A stretch of 63,362 nucleotides of DNA, the filler included, from Reclinomonas americana ATCC 50394 (lineage: Eukaryota): the NCBI GenBank assembly GCA_048213135.1. It is 7 parts of 3 records of this genome, joined end to end, with 100 filler letters (N's around TTAATTAATTAA, not from the genome) between each part and the next. Parts side by side here need not be neighbours in the genome. Positions count along the whole stretch, not along the records: positions 18,353 to 41,693 come from PS015360.1; 6 more parts are not named here. One strand, given 5' to 3'. Position numbers and translations under genes: made by a program. The notes below the pieces were generated by a model. It was not told the DNA's origin and ran no database searches. It saw only the letters and a program-made list of their open reading frames with translations. How positions within the stretch are numbered: the first letter of the stretch is position 1; every line of letters starts with the position of its first letter. Shown in pieces: positions 24,990 through 38,500 of this stretch.

Positions 24990-27131
24990 TTCTGTCGACG
25001 CGCTCCTCCACCTTTTTCAGCTGTCGCCGCAGCTCGGCCATAGCAGCCTCTGGCGCCACTGCCACCTGATCGAGGCGAGCCGACGTGGCGCGCACCTGCT
25101 CCACATTTTGCTGCAACTCGCGCTGCAGATCACGCACAGTGTCGCCCAGACGCACGGGCTCTCGTGCATTCGAGGTCGCCTGTTGCGACATTTGCTGCTG
25201 CACCTTCTTCATCTGCTCCAGCTCACGCACTGTGTCGTGCAACTGCATACACACACACACGAAATAGCAGGCCATGAGTAACACTGCTGAGGAAGAGCCT
25301 GCCAGAGTAGGGGGCGCCACGCAACTCGCTTCCACAAGTCGTCCACATCGCCCTCCACCTTCAGTAGCCGCACTGGCGTGTCGCCGACCTCGTCCGCATT
25401 CACACTCGACGGGAAACTGGCCAGCGACGATGGTGCCGCCGAGGTGGCCATTCGCTGACTCACGCTACCGTCGCCGAGAGCCTCACCGAGCAGCACCGCC
25501 GAAGCCGCACTGCTCGCCACCGTGTTGGCGCCCATTTTCTCCGGCACCTTGCGCACTCCCGTGGAACCGGCGCTACCCGGCGCTGGCGGCAGCAGCAACG
25601 ACGACGTTGACAGTGGTGGTGAGGAGGGCAGCGTCGTCACGGCACCCACCGACTTGTCCTCGTGCAGCGTTAGCGCACTATTGTAATTTGTGTTGCCGCT
25701 GCTGGCGCCAAGTCGCGACGACTCGCCACCTGAGCCCGACGCTGCGCCCCCGCTATTCTCCACCGTCGGCGAGTTGGATTCGAGATTGCGCGACTTCTGC
25801 ACGCCGGCCAGCAAGAGAATGAGTGGTCGCGAATCTCATTAAAAAAACAAGGAGGGAAAAAAGAAAAGCGACCTTGATCAGGGCAACCGACTCGTTGGAG
25901 CGAACCGTGGCCCACTGTGGCAAATCCTCGACGCTGTCGACAAAGTTGCAGAGGAGCTCGACTTGGAACTTCTTCGCCGGGTCGGGTCCACCACCCTCGC
26001 GCCACTAACATGACGGAACAATAAAATATCAGCGGCGGGAACGGCACACTACGCAGAGAAAGACCGCCGCAACAATGCTATCGGCATTCGCCGTGGTGAT
26101 ATCCACATCCTCCTCGACCAGTGTGGCCAGGAACAAGTACTTGTCTTGCTTCTTCTTCTTGCGTGTCGCCGGATCGACGCTCTCCTCCTCCTCCTTGAAG
26201 CGCAACGTGACTGCGTGCCAAACCAAATGAGCACACACACACACACACAAGCACAAGGATAGGCAGCTACAGAGGGAGAAAGAGCGTCGTGCACTAAACT
26301 CTTGACACTGACGGTCTCGCCAGGGGCCAGGAAGCCGGTCTTCTGACTGACGACATATCTCTTTGGATTGGTGGTCATCAGCTGCACAGACACGCGCGCG
26401 CGCGCAATGTGAGTCTGTGTGTAACAGAGAGATGAATGAAAGGATAAGGAGAGACCTTGAAGCACACGTTGCGAGTGGGATGAATGTTGGCCACTCGCAC
26501 ATCGTTGCCAATGGTCCGCGCATCGAGTGGCCAGTGGAAAGTACACTACAAAATGGAGAGATTCTTGTCATTATCATTCACAACAAGCGTGGGGTGAGCT
26601 GTGAGTCGAGTGAGACGCAACGTGCAGGCATATCCACAGAGATCAACGGCTGCGCAGGTGTGTGTGTGTGTGTGTGTGAGAGAGAGTGTGTGTGCGTAAG
26701 AGTGTGAGGAAAAACACACAAACCAAAACATCTCTCTGCTTTGTCTCTCTGTGCGTGGTGCTACTTTCTTGTGTCGCTCTTTCTCTCACTCGCACGACAA
26801 GCAAGACACAGAGAGAGAGAGACACGCACACACACACACAAGAGCGCGCGCGCGAGATGTCACGTGTGATCTGCCAACACGCACGCAGGCACCCTTCGCG
26901 CTCTCTCTCGCCACACCACGCACGTGCACAACGAGCAAAAGCACGCACACACACACGCGCGTGCACACACACAAAGGCGCAAATCAAATGCCACGTGTGG
27001 TCCGAGTGAGCTTCGGCCATCTCTCACTCGCTCTCATTTTTTCCCCTTCGCCGCCTTGTTCACTATGCGTCACTTACCTCGCCAAGGTACTTGCCGCCCG
27101 ACGAGGCACTGAGCGCGGATGCGGCGGCCAT
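24990..27131 (-). CDS. MSP-domain plus coiled-coil protein (VAP-like). One early junction unresolved, 3' end in gap.
   Basis: VRVANIHPTRNVCFK-LMTTNPKRYVVSQKTGFLAPGETVSV and KQDKYLF (MSP signature), followed by a Ser-rich linker and coiled coil (LHDTVRELEQMKKVQQQ...). Confidence 0.75.
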
Positions 27132-27487
27132 GGCTTGCAAACAATGACAACACGCCGGGTGGACAATGGAGTATGGGCGAGCATCTACAGCGGTTTCCTT
27201 TGGCGGGAAAGTGTGCATTGTCAGTGAGTGGGATTGTAGCATAGCAACCATTCACCAACAAACAAGCAACAGCTGCCTTGATGATCAAGTCCGACCACAT
27301 GCAAAACATCAACACAAATGTCAGACTTGCAGCGCAGCGGCAGTGCGTCATGTGCGCAGTGGCCTCGAGCTTTTGTGCATTGAGCACACACGCATACGCG
27401 CACGTCACTCTCATCAACAAAGAGGTGCGCATATGCGTGTTGTCTCTGTGAGTCTGCGCATACCGCATGCGAGAGCGCACTCATCGC

Positions 27488-27532
<45 letters not shown>

Positions 27533-28566
27533 TCGTTCGTTCGTTCGTCGNNNNNNNNNNNNNNNNNNNNNNNNNNNNNNNNNNNNNNNNNNNNNNNNNN
27601 NNNNNNNNNNNNNNNNNNNNNNNNNNNNNNNNNNNNNNNNNNNNNNNNNNNNNNNNNNNNNNNNNNNNNNNNNNNNNNNNNNNNNNNNNNNNNNNNNNNN
27701 NNNNNNNNNNNNNNNNNNNNNNNNNNNNNNNNNNNNNNNNNNNNNNNNNNNNNNNNNNNNNNNNNNNNNNNNNNNNNNNNNNNNNNNNNNNNNNNNNNNN
27801 NNNNNNNNNNNNNNNNNNNNNNNNNNNNNNNNNNNNNNNNNNNNNNNNNNNNNNNNNNNNNNNNNNNNNNNNNNNNNNNNNNNNNNNNNNNNNNNNNNNN
27901 NNNNNNNNNNNNNNNNNNNNNNNNNNNNNNNNNNNNNNNNNNNNNNNNNNNNNNNNNNNNNNNNNNNNNNNNNNNNNNNNNNNNNNNNNNNNNNCTCACT
28001 CTCTCTCTCTCTCCCTCCTCTCTCTCTCTCACTGTGTTTGTGTGCGTCTGCGCGTGCTCTGCGAATCCAGACGTTGCTGATGGACACCGGCAGTGAGGCG
28101 AATGCGCGCACAGCAGTGCCACGCACACGCAGAATCGAGATCACGTCTCTCGATCTAAATCTCTTTCCTCCGCTCTCATTTGCTCCATTGCGATCGATGT
28201 TGGCTCGCGACCGTGACCACCGGCTTCCCTCTCTCCCCTGGCGGTTTCAGCATCCTGCACGGATTCGACACGACTGGAACTGCTGCCGCAACTGCCGGTG
28301 CGAGTGACCACACCCGGTATCCAATAATCAATCGCAATCGATGGGCCTCAATAACAAATTGACTTTTGCGACTTTGCGTGGGGGTGAGCGCAACTCTTTT
28401 CCATTTGTGTCTCCACTGCTCCCGTCTCTCCCCTTTCTTCCCCTCCCTGCCCTTCTGCTGTAGCACTCAAGCCCCTCTCCGCCTTCGTCGTGAATGACAA
28501 AGTGCGCGCGCGCGGTTTCCTCCACCGTGCTCTTTCGCCTCTCATATTGCACAATGCGAGTGCGCG

Positions 28567-28602
<36 letters not shown>

Positions 28603-28676
28603 ACACAGTGTCTTGCACTCTCGCAAGCACACGCCTCATCGTGCCATGTGTTCATTCCGCGTTGTGCAGGTTCGAC

Positions 28677-31600
28677 ATGTCAGGCCCCACTCTCGTCCGG
28701 ATCCACCGTCCCAGCGTGTTGCTGTGCCTCCTCGCACTGCTGTCACTGAGCGTGCTGTGCTGCACTGCAGCCGCCGTAAGTGAGTCCACAGCGAGACACA
28801 GACACAACACACACACACACGAACACTTTTGTTTCTGAGTGAGTGAGCGAGTGCATCTTGTTCGAATTTATAATTATATGCGCATGTTCAGGCGCACACT
28901 AAGTCGCTCTCTTTTCATTCTACGTTCTCGACGCCTGCAAGCGCAGCTCGTGCCTGTGTGTATGTGTGCGTGCGTGTGTGTCTGCATTCTGTGTGATCTT
29001 TCCACGCTGCCATCTTTGTCGTTGCGCACCAGCACGGTGGTGGGACTCCATTATCATACTTGATGCAGCATGTTCAGATCGCACACCTCACTTCCTCAGT
29101 CCTCTCTCATCGTCGCAGAGCACCACTTGTTTCAGCCGTTGTCGCACGAAAGCAGACCGTTGATGAGACACACTCACCCTTTCTTTCGCGCGCAAATTTG
29201 TTTCTGCAGTCCTCTCGCCCTCCAACATCGCCATCAGAACCGGCACCGCTGGCCAGATCGTCGACATCAATGTCATTGCCTCGGTGATTCCCTGGTCGAC
29301 CGCCTCCACCGCCACTCTCTTCCTCGACCGGTCGTGCCACGGCGCGTCGCCCACCACTGTCGTCAACTCCAGCACCATCTCTGCTGCCTCGCTCACCTTC
29401 AATGCGTCGGGTGACATCAGCGGTGGTGAGCGCTATCTGTGCATCGACGTGGACGGTGCGGGCACGGCCGCGCGCAACGTGTTTGTGGCCACGGTGTTTG
29501 TCTGTTGCGTCCCATGCATGGTGATGATGCCATCGTCGCCCCCTCCATATTGACTCCCTCTTCCCACACCTCACAGACACCCTTGACGAGCAAACAAAGT
29601 CACCGCAGCTGGTGAATGGTCTCGCCGACTTTCGCCTGACGGTGACTGGCCAGCACTTTGCCAATCGTGAGCTGGGCACCGGTGGCTCGTTTGGCCTGTA
29701 CTCGGCCGCAGACTGCAGTGGATCGCCGGCACCAAACTCAAGCGTCACTCTGCGAGCCAGTGATCCTTCCGGCTTCTACACTCTGTTCTCGGTGGCTACT
29801 GGCGCTTCGTTTGCACAGGGCGCGTTGGGTGTGACTGCAACTGGCTCGTGCACACTGGCGTCGCCGGGCGTGTACTATCTGTGTGGCAAGTTGCGTTGAT
29901 GTGCGGGAGAGAGGGTGAGAGAGATAGAGAGAGACGATACTGATTGCGTTCTGCGTTATGCAAACCTCTGCATGTTTGTCTGCACTGTCGTGCTCTTTTT
30001 CGCTTTGCTGCTGCCATGTGTGGCTCAATCTGCCTTGTTCATCGCCTGTCCTGCTCCCCTTTCCCTCTCTCTCTCCCACCTTCCCTCCCCCCTCCCCCTC
30101 TCTCATCTTTCCCCACCACCAGGTTCCAGGCCGGTGGCACCTCCGTGTACCGCCTGCAACCCCTCCCGCTCATCGTGACTGCCGCCTCATCCACGCCGGT
30201 GATCTCTTTTGCCGCTCCGCCCGTGCTCACGTACGGCAGCGCCAACCCGATTGTGATTGGCTCCTCTGCCGAGAACCTCACCGACTGTACGAGCTTCAAG
30301 TTGGTGCCGGCCGGCGTCGATTGTGGCACTCTGTCGGACTACTCGACGCTGGCGGGCGGTGTGGGCGCGTCGTTTGTGCGCGGCGGTGCCGATACCTGTC
30401 AGTTCACAACTGGCTGCCGCGTGTTCCGTGCGACCATCACCCCGAACGGGTCGAGTGGCGGCGGTGCCTACAAGCTGTGCGTGGCGGCGAACAACGGACC
30501 GTACGTGTCGGCGGAGGAGTCGTTCACCTCCGGCTTTATGACAGTCGGTGGCCTCAGTGCGGGCGGCGGCCACTCGCCCACATCGACTCCATTGGCCACT
30601 GACGACGCCGCGAAGCCAAGCATGTCCACGCTGGCGGTGACGACGAGTACGATTCAGTTCACGTTTGCTCGGCAGTTCTTCCGCCGTCCGCGCGTGTTGC
30701 TCGGCTTTGCCAGTGTCGGCAAGCAGGTCACTGGAGGCATTTCTACGCAAGCCAATGCACCGAGTGACGGCACTTTTGCATTCTGTGCGGAGCCAGAGGT
30801 GACGGTGTCGCAGTTGTCGACCCGTTGCCACGGTGTGTCGACGGACGGCCAGCCGGGACCCACCATCACACTGAGTTGCGTTCATGATGGAGGGAAAGGT
30901 GTGAGTGAGGTGTGACTCATCGTCTTCCCTCCACTTTCGCTGCTCATGCAGGCTACCTGGCGTACTATGTGCATCAGACGAATGCTCTGTCGATGGACGG
31001 TCAGCGCACACTGACAAGCAAGGCATGGTTGACGGATGCGGCGAACAAGAACAGCTCGACTGTTGCGTGTTTTGTTTGGACCCTCCTCTCTGCTCCTGTC
31101 CCTCCAACTTACTTCATATCATGCGCAGTTGGTGAGCGTGTCTTTCGCATACCAGTTTGCGTCGGTGCCAGCCATTCCCGTGGCCGTCATCGGTGTGATG
31201 TCGATCCGTCAGTCGGCTGCCAGCAAGGATAAGCGTGTGCACGGCGACAACTTTTCACTTACAAACAGCTCATCCTCGCGCTCGAGCTTCGTCGTCAAGG
31301 GAACAGTGAGCGGCGACTCGCGCATCCAGGCAGTGTCGGCGCGCTTTGCTGTGGCACCAACGCGCCCCGACAACACCAACAACAGCGGATTTGTCATGCT
31401 GTCACGAGGTGCGTCCTCATCCTCCCCCCTCGGTTGGAGCGCATTACCTCGCTTTCTCATCTCTTCGTGTCTGGCGCAGAGACGACGCACACCAGCAGCA
31501 CGATGACACAGACAGCCAGTCTGGTGACGCCATCGACACCCAATGGCCTGCTGCGCGCCACCATCAGTGTGCAGCTGTTCCTGCGTGGGTGGAAGTCGTC

Positions 31601-34600
31601 GGCAGTCGTTGTGCAAAACCGCATCGATCAGCAGTCCCTGCAGTTCACCACCAAGCGTCTCGGCAACGAGGACTATGTGACGGCGATCTCGTACAGCGCC
31701 AGTGGGGCCGACGCGGCGGACATTGTGTACGTGACGTGGGTGGCGATTGGTCGTGCAGCGCAAGGCGCGCCGATCACGTGTCCTGCCGGCTACAGCGGCT
31801 CCAACTGCGGCGTGTGCACGCTGCCCGACGGCACCACGACCTGCTCACTTAATCGACATGCGGTGCTGAGCTGCGCCTATGGCACCACTCAGATCATTGC
31901 GCAGTGTGCCGAGGGTCGCGAGTGCTTTGAGGCTTACGGCTCGTCGCAATGCGGATGCTCGGCGAACGGCATTGGTTGCTCGGCCAATGTGGATTGCTGC
32001 TCCGGTAGTTGTAGCAGCAGCCTTGGCACGTGTGTGCCGATGTGCAGTCCGACCACCACGTGCTCCGGCCACGGAACGTGCAAGACTGACGGTACATGCC
32101 AGTGCACAGGCGACTACACCAATGCCAGTTGCAACTGCAGTCCCACCGCCACGTGCTCTGGCCATGGAGCGTGCGACGCCAACGGCTCGTGCCAGTGCGC
32201 CGGCGACTACGTCAATGCCAGTTGCAACTGCAGTCCCACTGCCACGTGCTCCGGTCATGGAGCGTGTAAGAGTGACGGTACATGCCTGTGCGATGCTGAC
32301 TATTATGGTGCATCGTGCAACGTGCACTGTGTGCCGACCTCGACTTGCTCTGGCCACGGAACGTGCCAGAGTGACGGCGCATGCCAGTGTGATGCTGACT
32401 ATTACGGTGCATCGTGCAGCGTGAACTGCACTTCCACCACGACGTGCTCGGGTCACGGAACGTGCAAGAGTGACGGCTCGTGTCTGTGCACTGGCGACTA
32501 CGCCAATGCCAACTGCAACTGCAGCCCGACCACCACGTGCTCCGGTCACGGAACTTGCAAGAGTGACGGCACGTGTCTGTGCGCGGGTGACTACACCAAT
32601 GCCAGCTGCAACTGCAGCCCCACCGCAACGTGCTCCGGTCATGGAACGTGCAAGAGTGACGGTACGTGTCTCTGCACAGGCGACTACACCAACGCCAGCT
32701 GCAACTGCAGTCCCACTGCCACGTGCTCCGGTCATGGATCGTGCAACAGCGACGGTACGTGTCTGTGCGCGGGTGACTACACCAATGCCAGCTGCAACTG
32801 CAGCCCCACTGCGACGTGCTCGAGTCACGGAACGTGCAAGAATGACGGCGCATGCCTCTGCACTGGCGACTACACCAATGCCAGCTGCACCTGCAGTCCC
32901 ACTGCCACGTGCTCGGGTCACGGAACGTGCAAGATTGACGGCACTTGCCAGTGCACTGGCGACTATACCAACGCCAGCTGTAACTGCAGTCCCACCGTCA
33001 CATGTTCTGGTCATGGCAGCTGCAACAGCGACGGTACGTGTCTTTGCACCGGCGACTACACCAATGCCAGCTGCAACTGCAGTCCTACCGTAACGTGCTC
33101 TGGTCACGGTACATGCAAGACTGACGGCACATGTCTGTGCACGGGCGACTACACCAATGCCAGGTGCAACTGCAGTCCCACTATCTCGTGCTCTGGTCAC
33201 GGTACGTGCAAGGGTGACGGCACATGCCTCTGCACTGGCGACTACACCAATGCCAACTGCAACTGCAGTCCCACCACGACATGCTCGGGCAACGGAACAT
33301 GCAACGCCAATGGAACATGTCTGTGCACGGGCGACTACACCAATGCCAACTGCAACTGCAGTCCCACCGTCACGTGCTCCAGTCACGGAACGTGCAAGAC
33401 TGACGGCACGTGTCTGTGCACCGACGACTACACGAATGCCAGGTGCAACTGCAGTCCCAGCCTTACGTGCTCTGGCAACGGAACGTGCAAGAGCGACGGA
33501 ACGTGCCAGTGCAACAACAACTATTTCGGTGCATCTTGCAATGTGAATTGTGTGGCGGACACGACATGCTCGGGCAACGGAACCTGCAAGACGGACGGCA
33601 CGTGCCTGTGCACTGGCGACTACACGAATTCCAGCTGCAACTGCAGTCCCAGCATCACGTGCTCCGGCCACGGAACGTGCAAGACTGACGGCACTTGTTT
33701 GTGCACGGGTGACTACACCAATGCCAGCTGCAACTGCAGTCCGACCGCCACGTGCTCTGGGCACGGAACGTGCAAGAGTGATGGCACATGCCAGTGCAAT
33801 GCTGACTATTACAGTTCTTCTTGCAGCGTGAACTGCGTGGCGGCGACGACGTGCTCTGGACACGGAACGTGCAAGAGTGACGGCACCTGCCAGTGCACCG
33901 GCGACTACACCAACGCGAACTGCAACTGCAGTCCCACTTCGACGTGCTCGGGCCACGGAACGTGCAACTCCAATGGAACGTGTCTGTGCACGGGCGACTA
34001 CACCAATGCCAGCTGTAACTGCAGTCCCACCATCACGTGCTCTGGACATGCAATGTGCAACGCCAATGGAACATGCCAGTGCACGGGCGACTACACCAAT
34101 GCCAGCTGCAACTGCAGTCCCACTGTCACATGCTCTGGCCACGGCGCATGCAATTCCAATGGCACATGCAGCTGCTCGAGTCCCTGGGGTGGTGAGTTGT
34201 GCGGTCGGCTTGATCTGAAATTTACTGAATTTGCGCGCTGACTTGTTATCGTATACAGGGTCCACGTGCTCATTGGACTGCCCTGGCAGACCTTTCCTCG
34301 GGTATGTTGGCAAGTGGCAGGCTGTGGCCTCTAGCAGTGACGGCACCAAGCTGGTAGCTCTTGTGAACGGTGGCCAGATCTTCACCTCCACTGACTCTGG
34401 CGGGACGTGGANNNNNNNNNNNNNNNNNNNNNNNNNNNNNNNNNNNNNNNNNNNNNNNNNNNNNNNNNNNNNNNNNNNNNNNNNNNNNNNNNNNNNNNNN
34501 NNNNNNNNNNNNNNNNNNNNNNNNNNNNNNNNNNNNNNNNNNNNNNNNNNNNNNNNNNNNNNNNNNNNNNNNNNNNNNNNNNNNNNNNNNNNNNNNNNNN

Positions 34601-34970
34601 NNNNNNNNNNNNNNNNNNNNNNNNNNNNNNNNNNNNNNNNNNNNNNNNNNNNNNNNNNNNNNNNNNNNNNNNNNNNNNNNNNNNNNNNNNNNNNNNNNNN
34701 NNNNNNNNNNNNNNNNNNNNNNNNNNNNNNNNNNNNNNNNNNNNNNNNNNNNNNNNNNNNNNNNNNNNNNNNTGGCGTTGTGTGGCCTCCAGCAGTGACG
34801 GCACCAAGCTGGCGGCTGTCGTACTCAACGGTCAGGCCTACACCTCCACTGACTCGGGCGTGACGTGGGCGGCCCGTGATTCCAGTCGCGCCTGGCTGTC
34901 TGTGGCCCTCAGCAGTGATGGCGTCAATGTGGTGGCTGCTGCAGATCAGGTGTATGTGTTTCCGTGTTGA
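28677..34970 (+). CDS. Large secreted protein: signal peptide, beta-rich and H-lectin-like segments, 23 tandem EGF-like repeats, C-terminal Asp-box/BNR-like repeats
   Basis: Signal peptide SVLLCLLALLSLSVLCCTAAA. Segments IQFTFARQFFRRPRVLLG and VSFAYQFASVP. Repeat unit CSPTxTCSGHGTCKxDGTCxCTGDYTNASCN. C-terminal WQAVASSSDGTKLVA...FTSTDSGGTW repeats. Confidence 0.85.
32043..34190 (+). repeat. Coding tandem repeat: 23 EGF-like units of 93 nt (31 aa), a few of 99 nt
   Basis: Direct count of six-cysteine units in the 31434..34241 ORF. Confidence 0.95.
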
Positions 34971-35128
34971 TTTGTTTTGTGTGGATCAGGCAGGTGTCAC
35001 CGCTCTCCGTTTTTTTCAGTCCACCGATTTGTTGTAGTGAATTGTGCATGCGATATTTGTATCTCAAGCATGGACAAACAACGCACACGTCATCGGCGAT
35101 TGTACCAAACAACGACCATCCGCGATCA

Positions 35129-35507
35129 ATGTCAGTGCGCAGGCTGCCTCGCGCCTACGCCGCCGACTCGCCTCCGAGTAGCATAGGCGGAAGTGGAAGC
35201 GGAGGAGGAGGAGGAGGAGGCACTGATTCCACGACCACACAATCTGGAGGAAGTCCGCTCTTTCGACTGATCACTCCGTCGTCGTTTGCGGCCTCGTCTG
35301 CGTCGGTGGCCAGTCAGCAGAGTGGAGGTGGCACTGGCAAGCGCAAGAGCAGTGAGAAGAAGGCGATGAAGATGAAGAAGAGTGGAGGTGGGGGGCAAAC
35401 GTCGTTGCCGCGCCTGGTGCGTGCGGTGACTGACGAGGGCGATCACGCGGATGAGCAGCAGCAGCAACACACGTTGCGTGGCACTTACACACACACACAC
35501 ACACACA

Positions 35508-35538
<31 letters not shown>

Positions 35539-38500
35539 TCACGGAGACACGCAAAGAGTGAGATTGAGAGTTGAACACTCTCTCTCTTCCCTCTCTCTCT
35601 TCTTCGCCCCCCCCCTCCTCTCTCTCCCGTCGTCTCTGTCCCTCTCCGCATCGCTCACTCTCCACACTCACCTGCATGCATTGCTGTGATTGACCATTGT
35701 CTCATCTACATTTTCCGCACACAGTATTTCCTCTCCGGCACTCGCCGCTGCGTCCATGAGGCGAATGAAGTCGGCACCGGTGGTGGCCGCGGTGAATGCG
35801 GCACGTGTGCGAGAGGAGCGGTTGCGTGCGGGAACACTGGAGGGCGAGATGGAGTTGGCGTCGCCGGGAAGGCGGTACTCGGTCGGTGAAAAAATGGTTC
35901 GTTCTTTTGCACTCAAAAGTGTTGTGGATCCTGGGTGTTTCTGACACCATTGCCTGCTCCTCGTCGCATGCGCAGGCGAGCCTGACGTCTCGCACGGATC
36001 CGACGCGATTGGTGCCGCTGTTGCCACTGCCCACTCTGGCGACTGCCGGTGCGAGTGGGCGTCGTGACTCGGCGCGGAGAGCCGAGAGTGGTCGAGTATC
36101 CTCGCGCCACGCGAAGAGGGGAGCGGAGGAGGAGGCGGGAGAGGGGGCGCGGCAGGAGGAGGGGGAAGAGGAAGAGGAGGAGGGCACAGTGCATCAGGTG
36201 TTGCCGAACGGAAACACGTACACGGGCAAGCTTTCGAAGCGAGGACTCTTTCACGGCCAGGGTGTGTACACGTGGACCGATGGCAGCGCCTACCACGGTC
36301 GCTTCAAGCAAGGCAAGATGTTTGGCTATGGTGAAAAAACAGAGCACAACCGCGTGTACCGCGGCGAGTGGAAGGCCGACAAGTTTGACGGCCTCGGCAC
36401 GCTGGTCTACGACTCGGGCGAGACGTATCGCGGCTCGTGGCGGCGCGGTCTCATGCACGGGCGTGGCGAACATGTGCTCGTGTCGGGCGAGTTGTACGTG
36501 GGCGAGTTCAAGAATGGGTACAGGGAGGGTGTCGGGCGCTGTGAGAGCATGGACGGCTGGAAGTACAAGGGCGAGTGGAAGCAGGGCATGGTGAGTCGAA
36601 CAATGTTGTACGTGCACGTCTCTTTTCGAGCAAGCTCTTGCTCATCATCTCACGGCGACAGCGACACGGTCGCGGAATGTGCGTGTGGCGTGATGGATCA
36701 ATTTATTTCGGCGACTGGGTGCGCGACCGGCGGCGTGGCCACGGTCAGATGACGTACACCGACAAGACGGTGTATGAGGGCGAGTGGGCTGACGATTCGG
36801 CCACCGGATTCGGCACGAAGACGCTCACTGACGGCACGGTGTGGGTCGGCAACTTTGTCGAGGGTCGATTCGTTTCGTTGGCACGCAGTCGCTCTGTCCC
36901 TTTGCTTGACAACTGACTGGGCGGGCGAAATGCAGAAGGGTTACGGGGCGTACACATGGCTGGATGGAACATCGTATCGCGGGATTTGGGATGGACCAGA
37001 ATTTAGTGGTCCCGGCGCGCAAACACTGGCAGATGGTGCGCGACACGGCCTCCTTCTGTTCACCGCAGTCCGTGTGCTCATTTTTTTGTTCTCGCTCTAG
37101 GCACTGTGATCTGTGGCGTCTACAACAAGGACGGCGTGTCGGGATTCGGCATAAAATGGTGGCGCAACGACTGTCGGTACGTTGGCAAATTGCAGCGTGG
37201 CATCCCGCACGGTCGCGGCGTGTTTGTGTGGCCCGACGGACGCAAGTACGAGGGCAATTTTGAGCGAGGTGTCATGTCGGGAATGGTACGGCTCATTTTC
37301 CTTTATGGCCGTGTGCGAGAAAACACGCGCTGACTTGGCGGCTGGTGTCGCAGGGCTTTCTGGAGTGGATGCATGTGCACACCAAGGAGGTGTTTACGTA
37401 CGTTGGCCAGTTCGAGAACAATGAGTTTTCGGGTGAAGGCACGCTGCGCATGGGCGATCGTGTGCAGTACGAGGGCACCTTCAAGCAGGGCAAGTTGCGT
37501 TGCATGTGCGTCACACATCGTAAAATGGTGACGGTGGTTTTTTACCGGCCATGTGGCAGATTTGACGGACGTGGCGCACTGCGGTTCTTCACCGAGGACG
37601 TGGTCATGGACTGCATGTGGTCGCGCGGACTTCCTCACGATGCCAATGTGGTGAGTATGCACGCACGTGTGTGTGTGTGTTTCTTTATGTTTGCGCGTCG
37701 CTGTTGTGTAACACCTCGCGTGCAGATCATTGTGCGTGCGTCGGATGGATGCTTGTGGTTCTCTGGCGGCATGCAAGACGGCCGATTCCAGGGAATGGGA
37801 CACAGAATCTTCGAGAATGGCGACGAATGTTGCGTGTACCCTCACTGTGTAGTCCGTGTTGTGCTCACAGCCGTTGCTGACTGTCTGTGTAGACATGGGC
37901 GACTGGTTTGGAGGTGTGCAAGAAGGCTACGGTACTTATGTGTGGGCCGACGGAACGCGGTACTGTGGCATGTTTGTCAATGGCAAGGCCGACGGCTACG
38001 GACGCAAGACGTGGCCTGTGCGTCCGCGGATGCTTGCGTCGATAACAGCAGCGTCGTTGTTGAGTACTGACCACCGTCGTGGCGTGCGCAGGATGGTACG
38101 GCATACGCTGGACAGTATGTGGACGATCGTGAGCAGGGCGACGGATGCTTTGAGAGCGGCGACGTGTCGGTGTGGGGTCGATGGCATCAGGGCGATGTCG
38201 TGGAGCAGAGCGTGGATGTCAAGACTCGTGATGGTCGTCAGTTCATGGCCGGTTTCTCGGTGCGTCAACTCTTCTTCATCTCCGCGAATACTTCTCTTCT
38301 TCACTCACTGTTAACTTTGTGGCCGACAGTCGACAACCAGCATTGGCAGTGGTGTGTTCCAACCTGGGTTCGGCATCCGCATGCTGCCTGCACCACCGCC
38401 CCGTACGCCGCACAAAAAGGTGGTGCGTAGCAGTGGATACGGTGCGAGTCGATCGCCGTCTCGCGGTCGCGATGGCTCCTCGGTGTCGCCGCGTGGAGGC

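Noticed and set aside
32043..34190. CRISPR-like or non-coding array
   Set aside because: Units are in-frame coding repeats with third-position variation, no unique spacers, and a eukaryotic context.
31845..34391. 848-aa antisense ORF over the EGF array
   Set aside because: Shadow of the repetitive, codon-biased sense ORF. The Ala/Val/Arg-rich translation has no independent features.
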